A DNA stretch of 64,000 nucleotides from Eledone cirrhosa. Taxonomy: Eukaryota. The stretch is taken from the NCBI GenBank assembly GCA_964016885.1, contig OZ024750.1, positions 52,514,001-52,578,000 of the forward strand. The letters are read 5' to 3'. Below, piece after piece: positions 28,641 to 40,875 of this stretch (position 1 is the first letter of the stretch; every line of letters starts with the position of its first letter). The position numbers and the translations under genes are program-made. The notes beneath the pieces are model-generated. The model did no database searches. It had not been told where the DNA came from and was given only the letters and a program-made list of their open reading frames with translations.

Positions 28641-28860
28641 ATCAGCTGTGTGGTCACTGCTGTGTAGAATGTAGGTGAAAGATTGGTGAGCCTGATACAG
28701 TGTGGCCAGAGAATGGAGGTGAGTGTTGATGCTGCTGAATCCTCAGGTCAGTCATTTACTCTGATCCCACAGCTAATGAGACATAGCGAACACAATATCA
28801 CAGAACTAAGTTACTAATTTATTAAATATAACTTTTGTCCAAATATCCACAGTTGAATTG

Positions 28861-30071
28861 TGTGGTGTTGTGTATCAGATGTGATGTGTGGTGCTGTGTA
28901 TCAGATGTGATGTGTGGTGTTGTGTATCAGATGTGATGTGTGGTGTTGTGTATCAGATGTGATGTGTGGTGTTGTGTATCAGATGTGATGTGTGGTGTTG
29001 TGTATCAGATGTGATGTGTGGTGTTGTGTATCAGATGTGATGTGTGGTGCTGTGTATCAGATGTGATGTGTGGTGTTGTGTATCAGATGTGATGTGTGGT
29101 GCTGTGTATCAGATGTGATGTGTGGTGTTGTGTATCAGATGTGATGTGTGGTGCTGTGTATCAGATGTCATGTGTGGTGTTGTGTATCAGATGTGATGTG
29201 TGGTGCTGTGTATCAGATGTGATGTGTGGTGCTATGTATCAGATGTGATGTGTGGTGCTATGTATTAGATGTGATGTGTGGTGCTGTGTATCAGATGTGA
29301 TGTGTGGTGCTGTGTATCAGATGTGATGTGTGGTGCTGTGTATCAGATGTGATGTGTGGTGTTGTGTATCAGATGTGATGTGTGGTGTTGTGTATCAGAT
29401 GTGATGTGTGGTGTTGTGTATCAGATGTGATGTGTGGTGCTGTGTATCAGATGTGATGTGTGGTGTTGTGTATCAGATGTGATGTGTGGTGCTATGTATC
29501 AGATGTGATGTGTGGTGCTGTGTATCAGATGTGATCTGTGGTGCTATGTATCAGATGTGATGTGTGGTGTTGTGTATCAGATGCGATGTGTGGTGCTATG
29601 TATCAGATGTGATGTGTGGTGCTGTGTATCAGATGTGATGTGTGGTGCTGTGTATCAGATGTGATGTGTGGTGTTGTGTATCAGATGTGATGTGTGGTGT
29701 TGCGTATCAGATGTGATGTGTGGTGCTATGTATCAGATGTGATGTGTGGTGCTATGTATCAGATGTGATGTGTGGTGTTGTGTATCAGATGTGATGTGTG
29801 GTGTTGTGTATCAGATGTGATGTGTGGTGCTATGTATCAGATGTGATGTGTGGTGCTGTGTATCAGATGTGATGTGTGGTGTTGTGTATCAGATGTGATG
29901 TGTGGTGTTGTGTATCAGATGTGATGTGTGGTGTTGTGTATCAGATGTGATGTGTGGTGCTATGTATCAGATGTGATGTGTGGTGCTATGTATCAGATGT
30001 GATGTGTGGTGCTATGTATCAGATGTGATGTGTGGTGCTGTGTACCAGATGTGATGTGTGGTGCTGTGTAT
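28861..30071. repeat. 26-bp minisatellite (TGTGGTGYTGTGTATCAGATGTGATG)n, ~46 copies
   Basis: Units start at 28861 and 28887 and so on. The array is highly homogeneous. Confidence 0.97.
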
Positions 30072-30828
30072 TTACTAAACTTTTACTAAACTTTTATTGA
30101 TGGCCTGGCAGCGAGAGAGACCAAGAGGGAGAAAGGCAGATGGAGAGTGAGAGAGAGAGACCACGAGGGGGAAAGGCAGAGGGGGGGGGGGGTAGAGAGA
30201 GAGATAGAGAGAGAACGAAGAGAGAGAGACAAAAGGGGCAGGTGTGTGAGACAGTTGACCACTACATCTTAGCTGGTCGGTAGGAACTGTACTACTATCA
30301 TGATTGACTGGGAACAGCTTGGTCCCATGAAAGTGTTATCTCAAAAAACTCTCTAGTTGTCCAGTTTCTCTGGAGACACTAATAACCGATTCACAATGGA
30401 AACTTATCTATGTGGCCACCATAAGTCAGTGGCCAGTTAATAATGTGAAACTATTGAGGAGAGAGTATCAAATTACTGCTACATTACATATATTTTCAGG
30501 AATAAACTTTTATTCACAGTTGTATAAAAAGAAATATAATAATATAATGCTTACAGAACGAAAGCACAAGCAAATATAATATATATAAAGGAAAGGGAAA
30601 GGAAAAACAAGAAAGAAAGAGGAAAAGATATCAGTTAAGGGTGAAAGCAGCGATTCTTTGCTTAAACTTTAATCTGTTATTTTAATATATATATATTAAC
30701 ATATAGTTAAGTTATTCCGGGTTGAATCGGAGGTAACCACAGTAAGTAAGGTACTCAATACATAGCAAAGTATAAAAGTTAGAGATAGAGTTTCTTCACA
30801 GGTAGAGAGAAGATAAAATAGATTTTAC

Positions 30829-30915
30829 CTGTCCATCTGCGAAGACTACATTTTCCTTCTTTTGTTTGTTATTTTCGCCCTTCTGTGATAAAGTAAGTTT
30901 TCCTTTGTTAGTCAT
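30829..30915 (-). CDS. Candidate first coding exon of an unidentified host gene (MTNKGKLTLSQKGENNKQKKENVVFADGQ)
   Basis: ACG-ATG-A start context (A at -3) and 29 open codons ending in phase 0 at a CAG|GTAAAA donor, in the only long non-repetitive island. No homology recognised. Confidence 0.3.
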
Positions 30916-31434
30916 CGTGAAAGAGATGCGGAGACAGACTGTCTGACAGTGTCACACAGAGACAGAGATAGAACCACGAATCTAATACAAAGATTTAGAT
31001 AATAATAGAGAGAAAAATGCAACAGTTTCCAGTAATAATTACACGGTTTAAGTCGACCAGCGAATAGGTATTTCGTCTGACTGACACAAAATTACGTTTC
31101 CCAGCAGCTAAACTTAAAGTACTTATTTGTCTGTATGTATATATATGAAAGTCAGTCAGTGAAATGAGACAAGTGTCTCGTGATAGGATATTATTTGTAG
31201 TGACAACTGCATTGGACAGTTAAATTATCTAGAGTGAAGGTGTGAGGGGAAACTACCTTCAGATGTAGGGTAGCAGTTATATCACTCACACAGATTAGGT
31301 AGTGTACACACATATATTGAATTAGTCATACGGGGATGTATTTATATCATATATGGCTACGCAAACCATAGATTTTTTTTTCGTTTTATTTATTTTGGTA
31401 GCTCCAGCGACTGGCTGCACCAGGTGCTGGAACG

Positions 31435-31725
31435 TGGTTGATAACATAGCATGTTCGAGCGAGGTCCCAGGTTCAATCCCACCGCCTGAGCAAGTGTCAT
31501 TTACTATAGCTTCAGGATAACCCGTCTTGTGAATGAAATTAGACAGAAACTATTTAGAAGACCGTCAAGATGGACGAAATATATCTGTAATTGTCACACA
31601 GTGTCATACTGAATCTTCTAGAAGATTAGGTTAAAGGTACACGTGTCTGTAGAATGCTCAGCCACTTACACGTTATTTTCACGAGCAGGCATTTCAGTTG
31701 AACAACTGAAACATTCATCTTGGAA
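31435..31725 (+). mobile_element. Degenerate tRNA-derived SINE (CORE-like) plus adjoining interspersed-repeat fragment
   Basis: B-box-like GGTTCAATCCC followed by CTGAGCAAGTGTCA (CORE-like) and ACTATAGC...AGACAGAAAC. Resembles octopus SINE sequence from memory. Confidence 0.5.
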
Positions 31726-31984
31726 ATCGATGGAGGCCCATTCCATATTTATTAGCGGTTCACAGCAAGACTGCCAGTCCACATCCGACATCTCTAATTT
31801 CTTTTATTTATTTGATTTATTTGTTCACTTCTTTATCTATTTATTTCGACAATTTCTCTATCATGTCACAAAGATATTACCTCTTCTCTCTCAATCTTCC
31901 ATTATTTCCTGGCAAGGGGTGTGACAAAACTGACTCCATAGTAGACAGGAGACCCACAGTATTCAACAGATCACAAATTATTAT

Positions 31985-32172
31985 TGGTGGATTGGCAGTA
32001 TCGGTAGAGAGTCGGACGCCATGCTTTGCCGCATAGAGTTACGGCCCTTGCCATTCTGAGTTCAAATCCCGCCGAGGTTAACTTTGCCTTTCATCCTTAC
32101 AGGGTCGATAAAATAAAGTACCAGTAATACATTGGGATAATTGTTGGCCTTGTGCCAAAAGTAGAAACAATT
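31985..32172 (+). mobile_element. tRNA-derived SINE, near full length (Meta-domain-like body)
   Basis: A-box-like TGGATTGGCAG, B-box GAGTTCAAATCCC, body GCCTTTCATCC...GGGTCGATAAAATAAAGTACCAG and tail GGCCTTGTGCCAAAAGTAGAAACAATT. Four further close copies are in the window. Confidence 0.85.
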
Positions 32173-32477
32173 TTTATTATTTTTTTTGTTATCATAAATA
32201 ATACACAAAGGTTCCGATTCTCGGCCAGGGGCCCACATAGAAACTTAATCCGCCCCTAGGCAAGGGACATTATGAGATAGTTGAAGTCTCAAGCCCAATG
32301 CCCAGAGGATCATCAGGTCGGAAATTATCCTGGTTTCATTGGCCTTAAGGTGATTGAAAAAAAAAAAAAAAACACAAAAAATTTCCTCCCCTCTCCCGGG
32401 AAGCTCACCTGTCGGGTAACCCAAGTTGCAGTGAAGCGTAGTCAATTGGGAGAAAAGGAGAGGGTGTATCGACCCTT

Positions 32478-32535
32478 GTACTTGACAGGACCATTATTTT
32501 ATCGAATCCGGAAGGACGAAAAGTCAAGTTGACCT
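32478..32535 (-). mobile_element. Old diverged SINE body fragment
   Basis: The reverse complement resembles AGGTYRACTTTGCCTTTCATCC...CGATAAAATAA...CCAGTCAAGTAC. Confidence 0.5.
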
Positions 32536-32882
32536 TATCGAAGACAAAAGATTAAATTACCGATGTCTGATCTTCTAATGATCGACACCATCTCCCACTC
32601 TCTGTCCCTTCTCCCTTCATCTTTCCCAATTCTCTCTAAAAATCCCGACCGCGGCGCCAAGCAGTTTCAGCTTGTGTGATCAGCAAGCCTTTCAAAGGTC
32701 AAAGGTATAGTGATATTTGTAGGGTAGGAAAAAATAGGTCACTGGTCTTGGTAGTGCTTTGCTTGTGTGTGTATCTATCTATCTATCTATATATTTAGCA
32801 TTATTTTGTTTTGACCTGTTTAGCTTGATTTGATTTTTGGCTTAGGTGGTTGATGCTTTCTTTACCACTATTTCAGTTTTGT

Positions 32883-33019
32883 AGTTACGTCCCTTTATGA
32901 TCTGAGTTCAAATCCCGCCGAGGTTGACTTTGCCTTTCATCCTTACGGGGTCGATAAAATAAAGTACCAGTAATGCACTGGGTGATTGCTGGCCTTGTGC
33001 CTAAAGTAGAAACAATTAT
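32883..33019 (+). mobile_element. 5'-truncated copy of the same SINE
   Basis: Near-identical to ~32035-32172 from the B-box to the tail. Confidence 0.88.
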
Positions 33020-33086
33020 TTCTGATTTTTGCGTTTCGTTTCGCCTTTTCTACCCGCCGAAATGCGATTCTCGCTAAATCTATATT

Positions 33087-33087
<1 letters not shown>

Positions 33088-33166
<79 letters not shown>
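33088..33166. repeat. (TA)n microsatellite; further long (TA)n tracts at 34497-34590 and 35763-35850
   Basis: Read directly. Confidence 0.97.
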
Positions 33167-33169
<3 letters not shown>

Positions 33170-34485
33170 GACCGTAGTGCCTTGCCCAAGGGAAACCCTC
33201 GCCAAGATGGAGCGCGCGCTCTGGGAAACCCTCGCCAAGATGGAGCGCGCGCTCTTCGTATTCCTTTGGAAGAGACGGGCTCCCTTGGTGAGGAGATCCA
33301 TCTGCTGTCAACACCCTTCGAAAGGAGGGCTGGGGATGCCGTGGCTAATGATGCGTAAACACGCATTAAGGCTACGGCACCTCCACGTATTCTTCACCGG
33401 TCAACCGGTGTGGGCATCGTTTGTGAGACGAACCTTTCCCAGACTCGTCTCACTCACCGAGCTGCAATCCTGGGTCAAGCAAAGACCGCGAAAACTGGGC
33501 GCCTGGCACACTGAGTGTGCCCAGGCGCTCACCGCCCTCTGGCAGGCGGATCCGGTTATCAGTGGAGACTCCACCGCAACATTCTATGGAGGGCTGGTAC
33601 GCAGCAGGTGCGATGACGCCCTCGGAGAAGCCCTAGACATGGAGGAAGACGAACTGGCCAGCCTGTTCGGTAGGACATTCAGCCCGGGACCTATGGACAA
33701 CTTCCAGAAGTCCCTGGCCTGGCAGTGCTACCGAGGGGCTCTACCCGTTCGAGAAAATCTCTACAGACACGGGCGCCAGGGTAGGGACCCCGCCAAAAAG
33801 ATCTGTCCCAGATGCGTGTGCGACGAGGAAACCGTTGCACACGCATTGGTACATTGCTCGGGCGTAGCCGATCTGTGGGGCTATGTCGAACAACTGCTGT
33901 CAAGGGTGGGACCGATCCGGTTGACCACCGAGTCTATTGTAATGATCAAGCCGCCTCACCCCTTCAAAGATGAAGGAGAGGCGGTGTTTCTGTGCGTAAT
34001 AGCCATGGTGAAAGAAGTTGTATGGTGGACGCGTCTAAAAGGACTGAGGTCAGGCACCTTTCTCTCTGGCCAACAACTGGTCCGTTTCTTCCGATATCAT
34101 TTCGGAAGAAGGATCAGGATGGAGAGAGAGGTGCTGCACCCCAGTCGTTTTTATGAAAGGTGGGTGAAAGTGGCGAGAATGGCCCGTGTGAATGGGCCTT
34201 CTCTTTACATAAGCCTGTAGGTGGAAAAGAGGAAGGAACGAAGGAGCACCCCCTCTCTGTGCTCCCGAGGAGAAGGGTTGCACACTTTTTTCGGGGGTGT
34301 GTGCGACCCCCCCAAGGCGCCTCCTCTCTATTGAGGATTCTGTTATAAATTTTATTTTTTGTTATATTTTATTTTATTTTTATATTTTGTTATTGCCTCC
34401 TCCATATTGAGAACGCCTTGTTTTGTAAACTCCCCCCATTGTACTTGTCCCACTTTTGATGCCCTGGTGGCAAATAAAAGAAACA
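33167..34485 (+). mobile_element. Tx1/L1-group LINE, 5'-truncated (ORF2 C-terminus + 3'UTR), inserted in (TA)n
   Basis: Open 347-aa frame 33177-34220 with a C-terminal zinc finger CPRC..ETVAHALVHC, homologous to the ORF2 end of 58303-63764. AATAAA at 34473-34478. Confidence 0.9.
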
Positions 34486-34495
34486 TATCTATCTA

Positions 34496-35090
<595 letters not shown>

Positions 35091-35132
35091 TATATATTTA
35101 TATATATATTTATATATATATTTATATATATA

Positions 35133-35578
35133 TTTATATACATTTTTTCTTCTAGCTTTAATTTTATACCTAATTGTGTATGGTTGACGATATATTTAAT
35201 CGATTTCCACGTGCTATTGAAATGCTAGGTAAATATTCTAGCTACCAGCCCACTCGCCGTAAGGCACCAATCACATTCTTTCTGACTTGACCACTACCAC
35301 GTCACAGTTCTTTGCCATTTTGAATTCGTTTCTGGCGGGGATCATTTAAGAAAAATCTTCGTCCAAGTGAGTTTGTTTCTTGATGATTTCGAAGCTCGAG
35401 AATTTATCCTTGATCGGATATTTCCAAAAGCGAATGAAACCCTAAGGGGTGGAAACATAATCCTGATATGTTTATATACATTTTTTCTTCTAGCTTTAAT
35501 TTTATACCTAATTGTGTATGGTTGACGATATATTTAATCGATTTCCACGTGCTATTGAAATGCTGGGTAAATATTCTA
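35133..35578. repeat. 108-bp direct repeat (35133-35240 and 35471-35578) around a 230-bp spacer
   Basis: One mismatch between the copies (CTAGGT vs CTGGGT). Confidence 0.85.
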
Positions 35579-35761
35579 TAGCTTTTGATCGCGAATAGAT
35601 GGCTGTTGTTTATTTATCTATTATTTCTTCATAGATGCCTTTTAATCTTATAGCCTGGTTTAATTGGTTTTTTGTGTGGTTGACTATGCTGATTGGGAGA
35701 GGAAATGGTGTATATATCTTATCAAATGATTCTATGGACATAATTTATAGTATAATTTATA

Positions 35762-35845
<84 letters not shown>

Positions 35846-35851
<6 letters not shown>

Positions 35852-36122
35852 GATATTAAATAAATGGAAACTATATTTATAAAACCATATTTATTTCATT
35901 ATATATATTTCAGGGATATCATATTAACAATATGCTATGCCTTCCTCAGACAAAATACAATATAAACAGTTTTATAGATAAATAGATTTGACATACCGTA
36001 CAACATCGACTTGTATTTGAAAAGTTGAATTGGCAGTGAATATACTCCAAATACTTGTCGAGTGCTTTTATATCAGTTATAAATATTTACTAGTTGTAAC
36101 CCAACAATTTAAATATAACTTT

Positions 36123-36125
<3 letters not shown>
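35846..36125 (-). mobile_element. Second, uninterrupted copy of the Penelope-like terminal fragment, flanked by (TA)n
   Basis: Colinear with 34593-34790 plus 35006-35090. CTGAGGA...GAAA on the minus strand (35949-35908). Confidence 0.6.
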
Positions 36126-36174
<49 letters not shown>

Positions 36175-36263
36175 ATGTAAAAGGTAAACAGAAATAACAA
36201 CAGAATCGGTACAGTATATGGAAGGTATATATTAGGTTAACGCTTGATATAGCAGGAAGAGGG

Positions 36264-36299
36264 TCTTAACGTTTCGGACGCTAGTCCTTCATCAGAAGA
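36264..36299 (-). ncRNA. Minimal type I hammerhead ribozyme motif (Penelope-associated type)
   Basis: Minus strand reads TCTT-CTGATGA-A-GGAC-TAGC-GTCC-GAA-ACGT-T-AAGA: stem I TCTT/AAGA, intact core, 4-bp stem II and a palindromic ACGT stem III. Confidence 0.75.
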
Positions 36300-36574
36300 A
36301 AGAATGAGAAATAAAATAGATTAAGGAGACGGGCGGGATGGAATTGGAAAAAATGTCCTTAGATAAAAATAATAGGTCCATTCATGTTGACATCTCTTAT
36401 ATATTTATATATATCATCTTCTCTCTCTCTCTCTCTCTCTCTCCGTGTGAGTCTGGGTGTTTTTATGTGTAGGTGTGTTTAAACACACACATGTACTGAC
36501 TGACAGTCGCACGTGCTCAAACACGCACAGGTATATATAGCCCAGTTAAAGGGCGGCAATTGTCTCACCGATGT

Positions 36575-37082
36575 ACACACACAGGTAAACGTAGATACAC
36601 ACACACGCACACACACCTATATATATATATATATATACATATACACTCGCATATACATATATATAGACATACGCGCACACACACCTATAGGTCCACATAA
36701 ACGTAGATACACACACACACACACCTATATATATATATATACATATACACTCGCATATACATATATATAGACATACGCGCACACACACCTATAAGTCCAC
36801 ATAAACGTAGATACACACACACACACATATAAGTTCACATACACGTAGATACACACACACACACACACACACATATAAGTTCACATACACGTAGATACAC
36901 ACACACACACACACACACATATAAGTTCACATACACGTAGATACACACACACACACACACACACATATAAGTCCACATGCACGTAGATACACACACACAC
37001 ACACACACACATATAAGTCCACATGCACGTAGATACACACACACACACCTATAAGTACTCTTAGATTTGGACACACACACAC
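36575..37082. repeat. Compound (CA)n/(TA)n tandem repeat with ACGTAGATACAC.../ATAAGTYCACAT anchors
   Basis: Read directly. Confidence 0.85.
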
Positions 37083-37187
37083 GAACCAATCGGAGAGTCT
37101 TCACACGGTCGCTCGAATTGCTAGAAATAGCAGCCAAAATTCGCTAAATTTACACGATACGGCGTTGAGATGATCACCACTGAACAT

Positions 37188-39068
37188 TACAGAGACTGAC
37201 GGGATGGATATATACACGGAGACTAACAGGACATATATATATACACGGAGACTAACAGGACAGATATATACACGGAGACTGACAGGACATATATATACAC
37301 AGAGACTGACAGGACATATATATACACGGAGACTGACAGGACATATATATACACGGAGACTGACAGGTCAGATATATACACGGAGACTGACAGGACAGAT
37401 ATATACACGGAGACTAACAGGACAGATATATACACGGAGACTGACAGGACCGATATATACACGGAGACTGACAGGACCGATATATACACGGAGACTGACA
37501 GGACATATATATACACGGAGACTGACAGGACATATATATATATACACGGAGACTGACAGGACTGATATATACACAGAGACTGACAGGACCGATATATACA
37601 CGGAGACTGACAGGACATATATATACACGGAGACTGACAGGACATATATATACACGGAGACTGACAGGACATATATATACACGGAGACTGACAGGACATA
37701 TATATATACACAGAGACTAACAGGACAGATATATACACGGAGACTGACAGGACATATATATACACGGAGACTGACAGGACTGATATATACACGGAGACTG
37801 ACAGGACTGATATATACACGGAGACTGACAGGACATATATATACACGGAGACTGACAGGACATATATATATATACACGGAGACTGACAGGACTGATATAT
37901 ACACAGAGACTGACAGGACCGATATATACACGGAGACTGACAGGACATATATATACACGGAGACTGACAGGACATATATATACACGGAGACTGACAGGAC
38001 ATATATATATACACGGAGACTGACAGGACATATATATATACACGGAGACTGACAGGACAGATATATACACGGAGACTGACAGGACATATATATACACGGA
38101 GACTGACAGGACATATATATATACACGGAGACTGACAGGACAGATATATACACGGAGACTGACAGGACCGATATATACACGGAGACTGACAGGACCGATA
38201 TATACACGGAGACTGACAGGACCGATATATACACGGAGACTGACAGGACATATATATACACGGAGACTGACAGGACATATATATATATACACGGAGACTG
38301 ACAGGACTGATATATACACAGAGACTAACAGGACAGATATATACACGGAGACTGACAGGACATATATATACACGGAGACTGACAAGACAGATATATACAC
38401 GGAGACTGACAGGTCAGATATATACACGGAGACTAACAGGACTGATATATACACAGAGACTGACAGGACAGATATATACACGGAGACTGACAGGACTGAT
38501 ATATACACGGAGACTGACAGGACAGATATATACACGGAGTCCTATATATACACGGAGACTGACAGGTCAGATATATACACGGAGACTGACAGGACAGATA
38601 TATACACGGAGACTGACAGGACTGATATATACACGGAGACTGACAGGACAGATATATACACGGAGACTAACAGGACTGATATATACACAGAGACTGACAG
38701 GATTGATATATACACAGAGACTGACAGGACTGATATATACATGGAGACTGACAGGTCAGATATATACACAGAGACTAACAGGACTGATATATACACGGAG
38801 ACTGACAGAACTGATATATACACGGAGACTGACAGGTCAGATATATACACGGAGATTGACAGGTCAGATATATACACGGAGACTAACAGGTCAGATATAT
38901 ACACAGAGACTGACAGGTCAGATATATACACGGAGACTAACAGGTCAGATATATACACAGAGACTGACAGGTCAGATATATACACAGAGACTGACAGGTC
39001 AGATATATACACGGAGACTAACAGGTCAGATATATACACAGAGACTGACAGGTCAGATATATACACGG
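37188..39068. repeat. 27-bp minisatellite (GGAGACTGACAGGACAGATATATACAC)n with variable TA tract, ~68 copies
   Basis: 9-aa periodic translations (IYTRRLTGQ) and a 330-bp internal block duplication (37531 vs 37861). Confidence 0.96.
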
Positions 39069-39340
39069 AACAGAAGAATCACCGGAGCATTTCACAAAAG
39101 AGGTGAACTTCGCCTTTCATTTTGCCAGGTGGGATAAAATAAAGTAGCACTCGTTCTTTAAAGGTGATTTGGTTGCTTGTGTGTGTGTGTGTGGGGGGGG
39201 GGTCACTGAAGATCGAAGGGGACCAAGCCGACCTCACTCCCATGCGTGGGTCCCTGTGAAAGCGTTTCTGATAATGCTTTGCTAATGAGGGTCTGTGTAT
39301 GGAAAAAAATATGAACGATAATATTACATACAACAACAAC

Positions 39341-39431
<91 letters not shown>

Positions 39432-39441
39432 TGCATGCATG

Positions 39442-40788
39442 AATGATGGCTGCAAACTCACGTTAAGAGTATAGCAATTACTTGTCAAATTCACATGTGC
39501 GACACTCGAATATGGCTTTTCAAGCCTGCTAGAGACTTGCACTCCTTGACACATTGACGACAACTATAGTTCTTCCTGGCCTCAGGTTGCCCGTGAACCT
39601 TCACATGCCACATTTTCAATACCTTGGAGATCATAGTTCACTGGTTCTCTCTGAACATTGCTGTGACTCTGATTCCTGAGACCAGATTTTCTCAAACACA
39701 CTTTTCTACTCTAAGGGCACACCAATTCAATGGAGACCCCGATCGTTTCATTTAGATACACCAAGGCATTGCTTACTCACATCCGGTTTGATCTTCTCGC
39801 AGTTTACGCGTCTGTTCTCAAAATTATGGACCCATCATTCACCATTCCATGCCAAGTTTCTCTTTCAAGAGCTTCTATCTCCTAGTCAGCCATCATCAAA
39901 CCAGTTTTTTCCAATGAGTCCTCTACAGTCTTTGAATCAGAGCTTTGGTTTGTGAGGTGGTCTCTTACCTTTACAGAGCTCGCCATACAAGAGTTGTTTT
40001 GGGACTCGATCATCATCCATTCTGCAGAGGTGTCCGGTCCATCGCAAACGCCGTTGGTAGATGATACTCTCAATGCTCCGACACTCACTTCTCTCAAGGA
40101 CCTCAACATCACTCACATGCATCTGCCACTTGATACCAAGCATCTTTCTGAGGCACTGTTACCGTTGCAGCCTATGGATATGCTGTTTGTAGGCAACCCA
40201 TGTCTTACATGCATACAGTAAAGCTGACAGTACATATGCAGCATACACTCTCACCTTGGTCTTCATTGTGATTCCTCGCCTGCACCACAGACGGTCGTTG
40301 AGCCTTCAAATGACTCACTTGCCTTAAAACACGTAGACCAACTTCTGTATCCAGAGAGCAGGTCACACTCAGAGTACTCCCCAAATACACAAATCTATCA
40401 GCAACCTTCAGCTTTTGACAGTATACATATATGGAGGGTTCATTGAAAACTTTATCCAAAGTAGGCTGGTACATGACGACAGTCTTCTTCAGACTGATTG
40501 TCAGTCCCAAAGCAATGTACACACTGGAAAAAGAATCCATAAGGTGTTGCATGTCACTCTGGGAGTGTGCAAAGAGATCACAATCATCTGCATATAAAGA
40601 TTCTCTGATCAAGGTACTCAGTACCTTCGTGTTGGCAGTGAGACGCCTGAGGTTGAACAACTTGCTGGAAGTGCGATATCTGAGATAGATACCGTGTTGG
40701 CAATCCCTGAAGGCCATGAAGAACACCATTGCGAAATACAAGGCAAACAGAGTTGGTGCAGGTATATCACCTTGCTTGACACCATTTT
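39442..40788 (-). mobile_element. RTE LINE family 2, 5'-truncated and degenerate
   Basis: RT motifs GVKQGDIPAP and LYADD, near-colinear with 50713-52067. 12-bp TSD CATGCATGCATG at 39430-39441 and 40789-40800. Confidence 0.93.
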
Positions 40789-40799
40789 CATGCATGCAT

Positions 40800-40874
<75 letters not shown>

Positions 40875-40875
<1 letters not shown>

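Noticed and set aside
8150-28657. 6835-aa His/Thr/Pro-rich ORF on the minus strand (mucin- or metal-binding-like)
   Set aside because: The C/A-rich strand of the 19/27-bp units has no stop codon in any frame. The 19- and 8-bp modules shift phase constantly, so all three peptide registers are mixed. Only about seven rare variants inside the span could create a stop, so one frame staying open is unremarkable. It also starts at GTG.
1-30071. CRISPR array or telomeric repeat
   Set aside because: There are no unique spacers or cas genes, the units are head-to-tail, and there are no (TTAGGG)n tracts.
30829-30870. KKENVVFADG as a PP1-docking RVxF motif
   Set aside because: The spacing between the basic residue and V does not fit [RK]-x(0,1)-[VI]-x-F, and the exon itself is unproven.
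31985-32075. tRNA gene
   Set aside because: A/B-box-like motifs are present but there is no cloverleaf, and the sequence continues into a multi-copy SINE body.
36513-39563. IY/VC/TH-repeat and IYTRRLTG ORFs
   Set aside because: These are microsatellite and 27-bp minisatellite translations.
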